DNA of 46,242 bases, the filler included, from Catajapyx aquilonaris (taxonomy: Eukaryota), in NCBI GenBank assembly GCA_000934665.2. It is 2 parts of 2 records of this genome, joined end to end, with 100 filler letters (N's around TTAATTAATTAA, not from the genome) between each part and the next. Parts side by side here need not be neighbours in the genome. Positions count along the whole stretch, not along the records: positions 23,175 to 46,242 come from KZ539409.1; 1 more part is not named here. One strand, given 5' to 3'. Both the position numbers and the translations under genes were made by a program. The notes below the pieces were generated by a model. That model worked only from the letters and a program-made list of their open reading frames with translations. It did not search any database and was not told where the DNA came from. Shown piece after piece: positions 23,267-36,921 of the stretch; position 1 is the first letter of the stretch, and every line of letters begins with the position of its first letter.

Positions 23267-26200
23267 TTACAGTATTCTCCCACCACTTCCGTCCTGTGAA
23301 AAACAAGAATGATCAAATCCATTTACTGACGTGGTGATGTATACCAAGAGAGCCCTATAAATTACCTTTGAAAGTGGATCACATCCGTGATTCATCAGCA
23401 CTTCCAACAGTTTCAGATTTTCGTCTTCCGTCTTGCTAGCACGAGCTAAGACATGTAATGGTGTACATCCTACAAAAAATTAAAACACAGTGTCTTCATT
23501 TAAAATTGTGATAGTAGTATGGTCATGTCATCAGCATCATGTACTGTAAATTGCACAAAAAAACTTGACTTTTTCTCTGATTTAATAAGGTGCTGAGAGT
23601 GAACATGACAAACTGTGAAAATGCAGTCAATTTCAGATGATAATGCAAGAATATAGAGCAATTATTTAAAACCACCTTCGTAAGGTTAACTCTAGGAACT
23701 AACCATATTGATTTCTCTTGTTTATGTCAAAGACAGGTTTTCCATTCGGGTTCACAATTTCCAGGAGACTTTTCAAGACAACTGCATACTCATCATCCAG
23801 TTTGCACAATTTGTGAATGTAGGTGTTACCATCAGAATCCACCTGCAATAAAATCAAGTCAGAATGAACTGAACTCAATATTGCTTAGCCCAAAACATTT
23901 CCATTTGCTTGTTAGTGGTGATATTAATTCATTCGTGCAGAACCAGAAGTGTGTAACGAGTGACAAAATAAGGGCAAGGGATACCTTACCTGTGTCACTA
24001 ATTTTGATTGACCAAAGTTCACCATGGCTTCAGCTAAGCACAGGGCAGCCCAAGCTTTATTTTCGTAGATGGCAAAATCAAGTGCACTCTGCAAACCAAG
24101 CTCAAATTACTGGGTCTGTCAATCACTGATTAGCAGTTGCGCACCTGGCCTGAATAATTTTTCCTCTTAAGCATGCCACGAAATTTAGCCAGTCGAACTA
24201 CCAGTGCAGCGAGATACTCCAGATTGGAATCATCAATGGCATGATGAAGTATTCTGCAAAATAAAATTACTTCAGTATCAAGGAAAATCTACGTTTGACA
24301 TGTGCTTTAACTCACGTGTCTCCATTGCTATCCTGGCTGGTCAATTCGCAGTCTGGAATCTGTCCAATTTCTCGGATATGAATATGTTTTTGCTCCTGAT
24401 TTAACTGTGCCTTTACATGTTCCTCTGCAGTTTTCCGCGGAACAGGTGGATTTGATTCAGTAGGTTTCGGCTTTGGTAGCAATGGCCTCTGGCGTCTCAC
24501 TTGTTGAGAATGATTTGCCTTAGGCACACCTGTGGTGACAGTCGAACGCATTGCTTGTTGCAATGGTTGAACTGTACTGGTGGTAATGGCTCGCTGGGAA
24601 ATAACTCCTTCATTGGAAGAATCAGCGATTGCATTGAAAAAATCTGGAGAAGGAGTGTTTGGTATGGAAATGTCTGGAGATAACAAATTCAAATTGTAAT
24701 CATTCCAATGAGCATCAGAAAAATCAGTGGCAATATTCGGAGGTAATACAGCAGCAGTGGTAGGGAATGACTTTTGTGGTGATTTAACCATGGAATCGGC
24801 AGGAGATAGTATACCGTAATGGTCATTGTGCAATTCTCTTGGTGGACTGTCCATTACACTTGGAAAATCCAGTCCCCCAATAGCGCCAAAGTTTTCACCT
24901 AGTTCATAGACTGAGTTGCGTCCAAGGCCAATGGCGCTCAAGCTCTCCTGAAAATTTAAGCCATGTTAATAAATGTCAGGGGTAGCAGCAGTAGCCTACA
25001 TACCTCCTCATTTCTCGGGGAGGAAGAAGAAAAGGCTTCTCCACCAACTGACTGGGAAGTCACCGTTACATGCTTAAAAGAACATGATGAGTGTTAGTAG
25101 ATGTAGGATATAAATTAATAAATTAATATTTACCTGCTTATTCCTGTGTTTCTTCCCTCTTCTGATCGCTCCGCTGGGTGATCTGGAGCGCTTGGCTCTC
25201 CCGACCTCTCTCTCTGAATGTGCTGAAATGAGGAATGAGGTGTTATTTATTGGTACTTATTTCACTATACACTGCTTCATTACCTGTGAGTGCCGGTCCC
25301 TGAAAGTCAGCCGAATCAGTTACGTAAGACTCAGCATGTCGGTCCGGATCCCGGTCATCCTGGCGTAGTTGGTGCCGACCCTGCAATCGTCTTGCTCCGT
25401 ACACGTTCAGCTCCTCTTCATGCTCTTCTGCAGTGATTGACATCTCAGGTCTAATGCCTCTGCCCATTTCATAATCATCATCACCACCTTCATGCTCAAA
25501 AACAGGTCTTCTATTAAGAATGGTGTCTGTATTATTGCCAGATGTAAAAATGGTGTCATCTTCGTCATTCATCTGATGCTGAGCTCGGGGGGCCTGTGGG
25601 GCCGCCGCCCCACCGGAGGGATAGGATCGGCGCCACTGCTGAAGTACTGGTCTCCTAGATCCTGGCCTGATAGACTGTTCTTCAACACGATTGATGCTGC
25701 TATGAGTAAATCTCCTTGCATTAAGATTCGCTCTAGGGAATAGTGAGTCTCGGACCCATTCAACCCCATCTGCAAGGTGCGACCCAAACTCCTTTGCCAA
25801 TGACGCCGAATGGTGTCCACGCCAACCCACAATTTGGCCATCAGCTGACCACGCTGGTTCCTCTCCACGTAGATATTGCGGAATGGCCCGAGGCAATTCC
25901 TTCAACACATTTGTATAGTAAACGACTTCCCCCCTCGCTTCATCTGGCTCATTTTGGCGCCCCCCTTGCCCCCCTTGAAGCAACTCTCTGCCAACATTGA
26001 TGCCCAATGGTACATAATGCTGCAGCCACTCCTTCGCCGCTCCTGCACACTGCATCGCAACTCTCCTTGCCATTTCACTTGCATCCAGTCCATTGTTAAC
26101 TTCCACCAACCTTCTGTGTGCAATGTGTGGCCCTTCATACTGCACAGCGTCTCTCGTCCTTGCCCTTCTAATTTCATTCTGAACTTGCAGTGCACGATGC

Positions 26201-26533
26201 GGACCTGCATTGTGCACAGCTGTCCTGGATCCATCCGTGTAGCCCCTTACAATAAGTTGCGGTATCCTCCAAAGCCATCTCTTCACGACACCTGCACAGT
26301 ACCCAAGGTAGTACCCAATCCCCCGGCCAGCATCTTCCGCTTCCTCCTCTTCCACGGTATCATTCCGTCGTACTTCAGGTGGTGGCTGGCCACGACCTTG
26401 CCCTTCATTGCTGAAGTACCTCTTTGCAATGAAAGCACTACCAATGCTGCAACAATTCAACCATACCGGTATGTAGCCTTTTCTCTTAATGTTCAGTACT
26501 TTGTACTTACACAATTAGAGGCACCAACAACAT
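23267..26533 (-). CDS. Nuclear IkB-like (IkB-zeta/IkB-NS/Bcl-3 type) ankyrin-repeat protein with long novel N-terminus, ~817 aa
   Basis: 10 exons: 26533-26511, 26446-25284, 25222-25134, 25072-25004, 24947-24316, 24253-24145, 24088-23990, 23842-23704, 23469-23366, 23293-23267 (2454 nt, GT-AG, phases consistent). Ankyrin repeats QDSNGDTILHHAI, KNYSGQSALDFAI, VDSDGNTYIHKLC, RNQYGCTPLHVLA; basic patch RRGKKHRNK. The first and last exons are less certain. Confidence 0.78.
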
Positions 26534-26662
26534 TGTCCAGGCAGCAAAGACACGTCCAACTTGCAGCAATTATTCCTCCAACACTTCCTCTTCCAAACTG
26601 TTCCATTCAAGTTGTTCGAATTGTATCGAGGGGAATCCCCTCGAAACATTACACACATTAAT

Positions 26663-26753
26663 ACGCATGCGCTGGAAAAAAAATTAAACTTTGCACGTGT
26701 AAACAACCCATTCGAAATCCACGCATGCGCCAACAACACTGAACTTGCACGTG
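26663..26753. promoter_or_regulatory. Duplicated NRF-1/Ewg-like site plus E-box in the bidirectional promoter
   Basis: ACGCATGCGC at 26663-26672 and 26721-26730, each followed by TTGCACGTGTAA (CACGTG at 26694 and 26748), between the divergent ATGs at 26533 and 26897. Confidence 0.55.
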
Positions 26754-26896
26754 TAATCCCAATCCAGTGGGTTAAAAACGCCTCTGGTGTCAGAATGCTC
26801 AACTAACCACATTGAGAGAGACACACGCCGGCCTGCGCATTATTTTTGACAAGAGAACAAGTTTTTTTGAGCGAATTTTTTTTTTCGCAATTCGCA

Positions 26897-28584
<1,688 letters not shown>

Positions 28585-28840
28585 ATGCAATAATTATCTT
28601 CCACATACATTTTCTGGGGATTAAAGGATCTTTTTTTTTTATGTAGAATGTTTGTTATCAGTTGGGAATAAAAATGTTCACTCGATTATAAATGGCAATC
28701 TATATTTATTGCTACAACATCTTGTGTTTGAAAAAGAGGACAATAGGATGACAAACTTGTATCGAACAATCATGGCACAGTATTTGACGCAACTTCATTC
28801 AACAACCATGCACCATTACAATAACATTAAAATCATCGAT

Positions 28841-28949
28841 TGTTCAATACACTAACCACAACGCAGCCCCAAGATATCATTAAAATCATGCTTCATCAGC
28901 ATGATTTTAATGATATCTTGGTGCTGCGTTGTGGTTAGTGTATTGAACA
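28841..28949. repeat. Near-perfect 52-bp-stem hairpin
   Basis: Arms 28841-28892 and 28898-28949 are 51/52 complementary with a 5-nt loop. Confidence 0.97.
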
Positions 28950-28959
28950 TCTGTAGCAC

Positions 28960-30067
28960 TTAAATTTCTGGACCCTTGAACTTACGGGAAAGCAGATCAG
29001 CCAGCATTTGCGAAGACAGATTCGTGGCCTCATTCCAATTTGGACCTTGAGTTAATTTCTGCAGGTTATCCTTTGCAAAATGCAAGCAAACGTTCTTCAG
29101 TTGGTTTGCATTGTATCGATCAGTAAGGATCAGTACCTGAATGACGTTCTCCAAGTTTATGGTAGCTGCCAGGTGGTACTCGCACAACTCCTTCAGTCGA
29201 GGGAGGTCGTACATGTCTGCAACCATCAAAAATTCTTCAGCCAATTCGCTCATGTTCTCCGGTTCCTCATCTGTGTACATATGGCGTACCATAGCACCAA
29301 GTATGTCAGGACGTACATGCTCAATTTTGATGATTCCCGATTGGTTTTCGACTGTATCATGCCTAAACATTCCAGCAAAGACGGGGGATTGCATGCTCAG
29401 GATGAGTCGATGAGCTGCTATCGGCTCGCCTCGGGTGAGTATGGTCACGTCAGAGTCCATATTGGAGTCGTAAAGCTGCTTCAAGTTTGACGAGAGTTCG
29501 GGATACCTGACAACCACTTCGGGTGTGGTAACTTCCACACTGGTCATAACTTCGCCTTCAAACTTGATCTTCAGCACACCATTGGGGTAGAGGTCTTTGG
29601 CCCTATGCTTCAACATGTCATGAGATATGAAGGTGCAGCAGCCCCAAATGCAAAAGTTGCTGGACAACAACTGCTTCCCTCGCTTGAAGCTGTGATGGCG
29701 CCCCATCTTGCTGATGATGGTGAATGATGACGATTCGAGTTGGTAAGAAGTTTCTCCTCTGTACTCGATGAACACTGACATGTGTCCTGGATGCCCTTCA
29801 CGGATGCCTAGTGGTACCAGGGACAGCTTCCACGTTCCAGGAAAGGGTTCAGCGGTCTTGAGCGACGATGACTCCAACTCTTTCGAGACCTGCTGGTCTT
29901 CAAGGATCTTGTTGAATTTTGGAATACTCCAGGACATCTTAAAAGTATGCTTTGTCTCAATGTGGGTGGACGTCTGCAATGATCAACGTATTTTTAATGG
30001 GGCTGAAAAATGTATGCAAGGCCTCGATATGAAACCAAATTGAGTGCACTGAACTTACGTCTGCCAT
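28960..30067 (-). CDS. MATH-BTB(-BACK) protein, divergent SPOP/roadkill-like Cullin-3 adaptor, ~340 aa
   Basis: A 9-nt first exon ATGGCAGAC|gtaagt (30067-30059) joins one long exon 29973-28960. MATH: MSWSIPKF...WKLSLVP...MSVFI...WGCCTFI; BTB: SDVTI...AHRLILSMQSPVFAGMF; ADMYDLPRLKELCE. Confidence 0.9.
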
Positions 30068-31647
30068 TGCTCCGTGTCCCACACAACGACTGTGCAGCCC
30101 AAACGTACGAAGTGAAATCTACGCAGCACTGGAAGGGCTCCGTGTCCCACACACAATGACCATGCAGCCCAAACGTGCCGAGCAGCACTGGAAGGTGAAG
30201 AATTTAATGGCACTTATCTCACTGTCACTGTACTACCATGTAATTAATAATAGCCCAAGCCCAATCTTGCAATATAAAATTAAATTACAATCAACAGTTG
30301 CTTGCATGTTGTGAACTTGACCCTAATTTTTGCACTAATGGTACTTCAAATTATGACTTAAATAAACTCTCACATTTTTGACCAATTCGATTCCATTTGC
30401 ATTACCTCCCCCATTCGACTTGAAACCAGTATTGCAAAAATCATGATTCATTATAATTATAATTAACTGACAACTCCACAAATCAGGCATCACCCAGATA
30501 ATTGCATGGAAAATTAATATAACATTGATTCCAGTGTGACAAATTTTAAATATGGAAAAGTTCCATAAATAACACTGCAATATCAAATGGGGATATAACT
30601 GGGCTTAACTTTTCGTCACGCATTACTGTTAAAATTTATTAAAAGTGCGTAGTGGTTAAAACTAATTATGACAAATTATGGCACAGAAATCAATAAAATG
30701 GGGGAAAATTCAAGGCCAGTGTCTGCTGGGGATGGATTGAAGCTTTTACATTGTCCAGTATGTCTCACTTTAAGTTACCACAAATGTGTACAATGCAATT
30801 TAACTATTTAAGAAGCCAGACTTACGATATCAAAGCAGCAGCCTACGAGCAGAAGTGTGTTTCACTACTAGACGAGAGCCAAATGAATGAGAATATTTGG
30901 GCCAACATATCTCTGCAGATGGCTCTACCCCCTTCATGCCCTCCTTATCACAAGTAGTCATATGCTGCAGTGGATTGTTGAACATACCGTTAAATGTGGC
31001 TAGAATGATAAGAGTTGTTGTTACTAGTATTAGTAGCGAGTATTATCATTGTAAGATCATCAATTTATGCATGGTCATAAATGGCTTAATGCACCATAAA
31101 GTCACCTTGCACATTTAAGATGCCATATACGTACAATTGCAGCCACAATTAATTAAAAAATATTCAATTGCAACATGATTCACAATTATTCGAATTGCCG
31201 CCGTCTAGTTCTTCAACCTGCCGCATTCGGCGCTCTTTCCAGTCTCATTGCATCATCCCAATTATTTAAATAATCCCATTAAATTTACAAAGACCCCGCT
31301 AATTTCTTCCTAATAATTAAATTAAAAATTTAATAAGCTACACAAAAGTGCAAAAATCGAACGCCGATCAACAACGTGGCAGCAATCTCGAAATAGCAGG
31401 TTGCACTAAACGCTATTTGGCCTACCATATTCAGTGCCATGTACTGCTAGTACATTCGATATGTACCTGATTTTAATGTGATCGTACATGTTGGCTGTAT
31501 AGATAGGCATGTTTAGGTGTTGTACATGTATAAGTACTGATGAGTACAGAGCGTAATAGTAATGTGGTCGTTCGCAGCTCTTTTGTTGAGTAGCCGCTAG
31601 TTTTAATCGCGACGTGAAAAGTGTCTCCGTTTCCTGATCGAATCAAG

Positions 31648-33414
31648 ATGGCGTCTTCTGAAAGCACGGGTGTGACCACGGGTCAGCCGCATTTGGCCAA
31701 ACAGGACCTCTCCACTCTGGTAAAACGGGCCGGGGATATGCCAGGATGAAAGAGGACAGTCAGATCTGTCAGTAGGATACGGCATGTTGGGGGCAAAACA
31801 CCCAACTGAACCTTAAAAAACGGAACAAATGTTGCCACCGTATGGTCGACATGTGACTGATTTTTTATCATTTTTTTTTTTCAGGATGTGAAGACGTTGA
31901 ACCCTCTTTCTCCTGAGGTTATCAGTCGACAGGCGACCATCAACATTGGGACCATTGGGCATGTGGCGCATGGGAAGTCTACGGTTGTAAAAGCCATCTC
32001 GGGGGTCCAGACTGTTCGGTTTAAGAACGAGTTGGAGCGGAACATCACTATTAAGCTGGGGTATGCCAATGCGAAGATATACAAGTGCGATAATGACAAG
32101 TGTCCACGACCTGCTTGCTACATCTCGGGAGGGTCGTCCAAGGAGGATTCGTTCACGTGCCTAAGGCAGAACTGCTCCGGAAGGTTTAGGTTGGTTAGAC
32201 ATGTGTCGTTTGTGGACTGTCCGGGGCATGACATCCTCATGGCTACCATGTTGAACGGAGCAGCCGTAATGGACGCAGCACTGCTTCTAATCGGTAAGTT
32301 TCGGAAACTGACACCATCGCCTGGTACTCACAAATTGTATCCACAGCTGGAAATGAGTCGTGCCCACAGCCGCAGACCTCGGAGCATTTGGCCGCTATCG
32401 AGATCATGAAGCTGAAGCATATTCTGATCCTGCAGAATAAGATTGACCTCGTTAAGGAGAGCCAGGCTAAGGAGCAGTACGACCAAATCCTTAAGTTCGT
32501 GCAGGGTACTGTAGCGGAGGGGGCTCCTGTCATTCCGATATCAGCACAGTTGAAGTACAACATCGAGGTCATCTGCGAGTATATTGTGAAGAAGATACCC
32601 ATACCCCAGCGGGATTTCTTGTCCAGTCCGCGGCTCATCATCATCCGATCGTTCGATGTGAACAAGCCTGGATGCGAAGTGGATGACCTTAAAGGAGGCG
32701 TCGCAGGAGGAAGCATCCTCTCGGGAGTACTTCAGGTAAGATGATCACCGAACTGACAATATCAATAGAAACTGATCATTATTATTGTTATTCCAGGTTG
32801 GTCAGGAGATTGAAGTACGACCAGGGCTGGTGTCAAAAGACTCCGAGGGAAAGCTGACGTGCAAGCCCATATTTTCTCGCATCGTCTCTCTCTGTGCCGA
32901 ACAAAACGACCTCCAGTTTGCCATTCCTGGAGGACTCATTGGTGTTGGCACCAAGATCGACCCGACTCTGTGCAGGGCTGACCGTATGGTGGGACAGGTC
33001 CTCGGGTCAGTCGGAGCCTTGCCAGACATTTTCATTGAGCTGGAGATTTCGTATTACCTGCTGCGTCGACTTTTGGGCGTCCGCACGGAAGGAGACAAGA
33101 AGGGGGCAAAGGTGCAAAAGCTGACGAAGAACGAGGTTCTCATGGTCAACATCGGCTCACTTTCTACCGGCGGGAGAGTGCTGGCCGTCAAGGCTGATTT
33201 GGCCAAGATCAGCCTGACTACACCAGTGTGCACTGAAGTCGGGGAGAAGATTGCGCTCAGTCGGAGAGTCGAGAAGCACTGGAGGTTAGTACAGCGCTGA
33301 CGTTGACTTTTGCGATGCAATTTACGAGACAAATTTCTCTTCCTTTTCAGATTGATAGGGTGGGGCCAGATCCGACGCGGAGTTACCATCAAACCGTTTG
33401 TGGAGAACAAGTGA
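31648..33414 (+). CDS. EIF2S3: Eukaryotic translation initiation factor 2 subunit gamma
   Basis: Exons 31648-31719, 31885-32293, 32347-32735, 32797-33284, 33351-33414. Motifs [46 protein letters not shown]. Confidence 0.98.
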
Positions 33415-35669
33415 TTATTTTTTTTCCACATTCACGTGCATGTATTTTGAAGACATGCTTAATAAAAACCACTTCTGGGTTTTGGAAGTTTGCACTACCC
33501 GTCCTCTGATTTCGTCAGTCGCTTTCGTTTGTAGTATAAATAGTACAAAATATTTTTTACTGGATGCCCTAATTGGATGATTTTTCGGGGGGAAATATAC
33601 GCCTTTTGAAGCAAAATTTTTTGCTTTTTCATAAAACATGGCATGACTAGTCTTGTTTATGTTAATCCTCCTGCGTAAGAGCAGCCTCATGCTGCACTTT
33701 TCCATGTAACTTCTTATTAACTTTGTTGATTGTTTATTACACCTCGATTAACTCATTTGTTCGGAAGATTGATCTACTTGTAATATTTTAAGACGTGCTG
33801 AGCAAAGGTCTTGTTGCCAGGCCGAATAGGTTCACCGTGTTCAGTGTGGGAGGTCACTTAATTTGCGACCTTCGGAGAGATCACTTCGTGTTTTTTCCCA
33901 CATTTTTTTTAAAGCACTTTATCTATGGGCTCTAACTGGACAATTGGCATATATTTGGGCTCCTTGCCCTTCTTTGTATCATGCGTCACTTTCATAAAAT
34001 ATCACGATTGTGTTCAGTCCATGGCGTTTCATATTGTGACCTTCGACCCCATTTTTGACAAATTGAGACATCTTCGATTTTTAAAATTTATGTACCACAT
34101 GAAAGTACATATTATTGCATTCTACTACACTGCCAAGAATCAAGCTGGGGAATCCATAGGCTACTGAGAAAAAATGTTAAAAGAATGATGCGTAAAGATG
34201 CTCAACTTACTTGGCGAAGGTTACATGGATGGGGTGGTGTCTATTACCCTTGGAAGTTGACCCACCCTCACAACCTTCCCTGTGTCCTCATCGGAGTACA
34301 TGCGAGCAATCACTTTATAGCGACAGTTTAGCACTGAGTAAAATGAATGCAACTGTTACAGCCGCTTTCATCCTCTCTTCCAGTAACTCCTCTTCTTTTT
34401 CGACTACCATACGTTTTAGTCACATACATGAATCCCACTTTATCTGAAGCGCCTTCTGCTAGTGACATCAAATTGCCATAGCAGTTGGACTAGTATTTTG
34501 GATTACTCTGTATAATATCCTAGGTAGGCAAGCAAATTCGTATGCTCCATTTTCACAAAATCCGTGGAGCTTCCTGATACAGCTGAGTGCAGAAAAATAA
34601 ATTTATATAAGTACGTACTACAGTTGATGAATAATGTGTACATTCGTATTAAATTCTTTGCCATTCTGAAAAATTCTTTTATTCGCCCTGCACAGGCTTC
34701 ATTTGCACATATGTGAAAAATTCCTGCAACTGTTAATATTTTCACTTATTTGTAGTTTTCTGCACACCCTGTATTTTCCTATGTTGTTGTCCAATGTTGT
34801 TGGGACGTTGGGAACAACCTTTTCCCAATCAAACTCATTGGCCCTGCATGCTGGGATACGAAGCAGTTTTTCCACTAGTGCAAGGAGGTTGAACCATTTT
34901 GATATCTACTCGTAATAAACCTTTCCGTGTAATTTTAACTTGATTAATAATTTATTATACCTCAGTTAAACACCATGCCTACTATAGGAGTGTTTAATTT
35001 TGCAAAACTTACATAGCCCATAATGTAGCGCAGTTAGCACTTTCAAATGACACAACAACGGCAGAGTTACGATCACTGTTACGATACAAGTCAATAATTC
35101 AGATAATGAAAAGCTGACTTTTGAGGGCCAAAGCCTTCTATGCACAATGGCATTGTTATCATGTATTGGTATCATACTCTGTCCGTGTCGTCAAAAGGCT
35201 TACAAGACTATCATCATCATCATCATCATACCTGACTAATATGGAGAGACATCATCCCAGAGGATAATAAGGTCCACTCGTTACTCCTCTTCAATATGCA
35301 CTTTGTCTGCAATTTTCCACTCTCAAGATGCACTGACACTTCATGTCATGTTTACACTAAGGTACACTCACTTTCACTTCATCACACCAAAATAATAAAC
35401 AAATCCTTGGACATTGCATTATGGAACATTTGACAGAAATATGTTTCCTGCATATGTGTCCATTGCTTCAAGGTCATGTACACATTTTAAAATAATAATA
35501 AAAACACTGAAGTTTACGATGTATTATAAAATAATAAATGTCAAAAATATAATTTAACTGTGCATCAGACACATTGGAAATCGCCGATATAGTGAATGAC
35601 AATTTTAAAAAATATATTACGCGTGGTTAACTTGGAAGTTAATTGTTCCATATGTTGAGACAAAGTGAC

Positions 35670-36287
35670 GCGGACGTGACAAAATGCGAGTTAACCGTCC
35701 CAGTGACTATGAAACCGACTTCAGGCCATTTTATAGACTCTTCAGAAGGTGCGTGTTGAGTCGACCCGGACTGTCAGCTCGCACCAATTTGAACCACTGG
35801 ATTCTTACCCGGATTGTCCGGGGTCAGCTGGTTCGACCCCCTTCACATTATTACAGTAATAAATAGCGAGCATCAAAATAATTACTGTCCAGCAATATTC
35901 AGTTATGCCTCTTTCACTTCTAAAATTATTGCAGCCATGCACTTTTTAATTATTATTGGCCGTAATCAACATTTATACATACATTGTTATAAACATTTCA
36001 GAGTTATATCTACTTGTAAAACATATCCAGTATTTTATGACTGCAGGCTTTTCCAATATAAATAATAACTACAATGTATTGCTGTTATATATAATAAAAT
36101 AACAGAAATTGCGAAATATTATCGTAGATGAGTTATTTGGAGATCCGGTTTGTGATATAAGCGCCCAAAATCTCGCGTGCTGAATGTCCTGGTCGACTCG
36201 CATTACACCGTCTGAGGCGTCTTGAAACGCGCTTTAAAGTCGGTTCCTAGTCACTGGGATGGTTAGCACGCACTTTTGCACGTCCGC
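35670..36287. mobile_element. Old MITE with diverged ~110-bp TIRs
   Basis: GCGGACGTG...TAACCGTCCCAGTGACTA...AACCGACTT...GAGTCGACC is mirrored by GGTCGACTC...AAGTCGGTT.CTAGTCACTGGGATGGTTA...CACGTCCGC. Confidence 0.75.
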
Positions 36288-36921
36288 AACTTAAAGTGAC
36301 ATTTTTTAAAGGTGGATAAATTAATTACGACCCTCACCTGTCTGAGCTATTCACATTTTTGATGGATTTTTTTGTTGCATCTGATTGGAAGCGTTCGAGA
36401 GACCCAAGGAGATACCTCACTTATGTGGCCTTGTCAGGCATTTTTCAATTATTATGCTGCGTGACATTTTTATTTTTAAAAAATCCTGTACAGGAGCACT
36501 GTAACCATTGAGCCCAAAAATTTTTTAAAGATAGTATTTGGCGCTATTGCAAAAAAAAAAATTGCAAGTTACCTCCCCCAGTGACACAAATGTAATTTTC
36601 ATAGCCTTGGACATGTCAGTTTGATTCCGCACCTAGACAGTACAGTACGGTACATCGGACATCATTATGAGAAATTGTTGGTACAATACTGAATATCTGT
36701 TGCAAAATATGATCGACTTATATTTGCATTATGTATGGAATCAACACTGTCGACAGAGGACAACATGTTATTGCTTCACCTGAAGAAAGGAAGTTAGTCA
36801 TGTACACAGTACTGAACAACACAGAGCAGATCGCGTAAATAATTGATAGGTGCAAACAGTATTAATTTATGACGTGTAGTGAGTCACATTGGCTAGGGAA
36901 AACTGACCGAGCTGGAGGAAA

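Noticed and set aside
25876..26661. 261-aa plus-strand ORF as an overlapping gene
   Set aside because: Antisense shadow of the large coding exon, non-ATG start, no recognisable domain. Similar shadows occur over CPOX, MATH-BTB and eIF2-gamma.
34211..34335. Possible isolated minus-strand exon (LNCRYKVIARMYSDEDTGKVV...)
   Set aside because: It has splice-like ends but stops before the donor, and I found no partner exons or recognisable homology.
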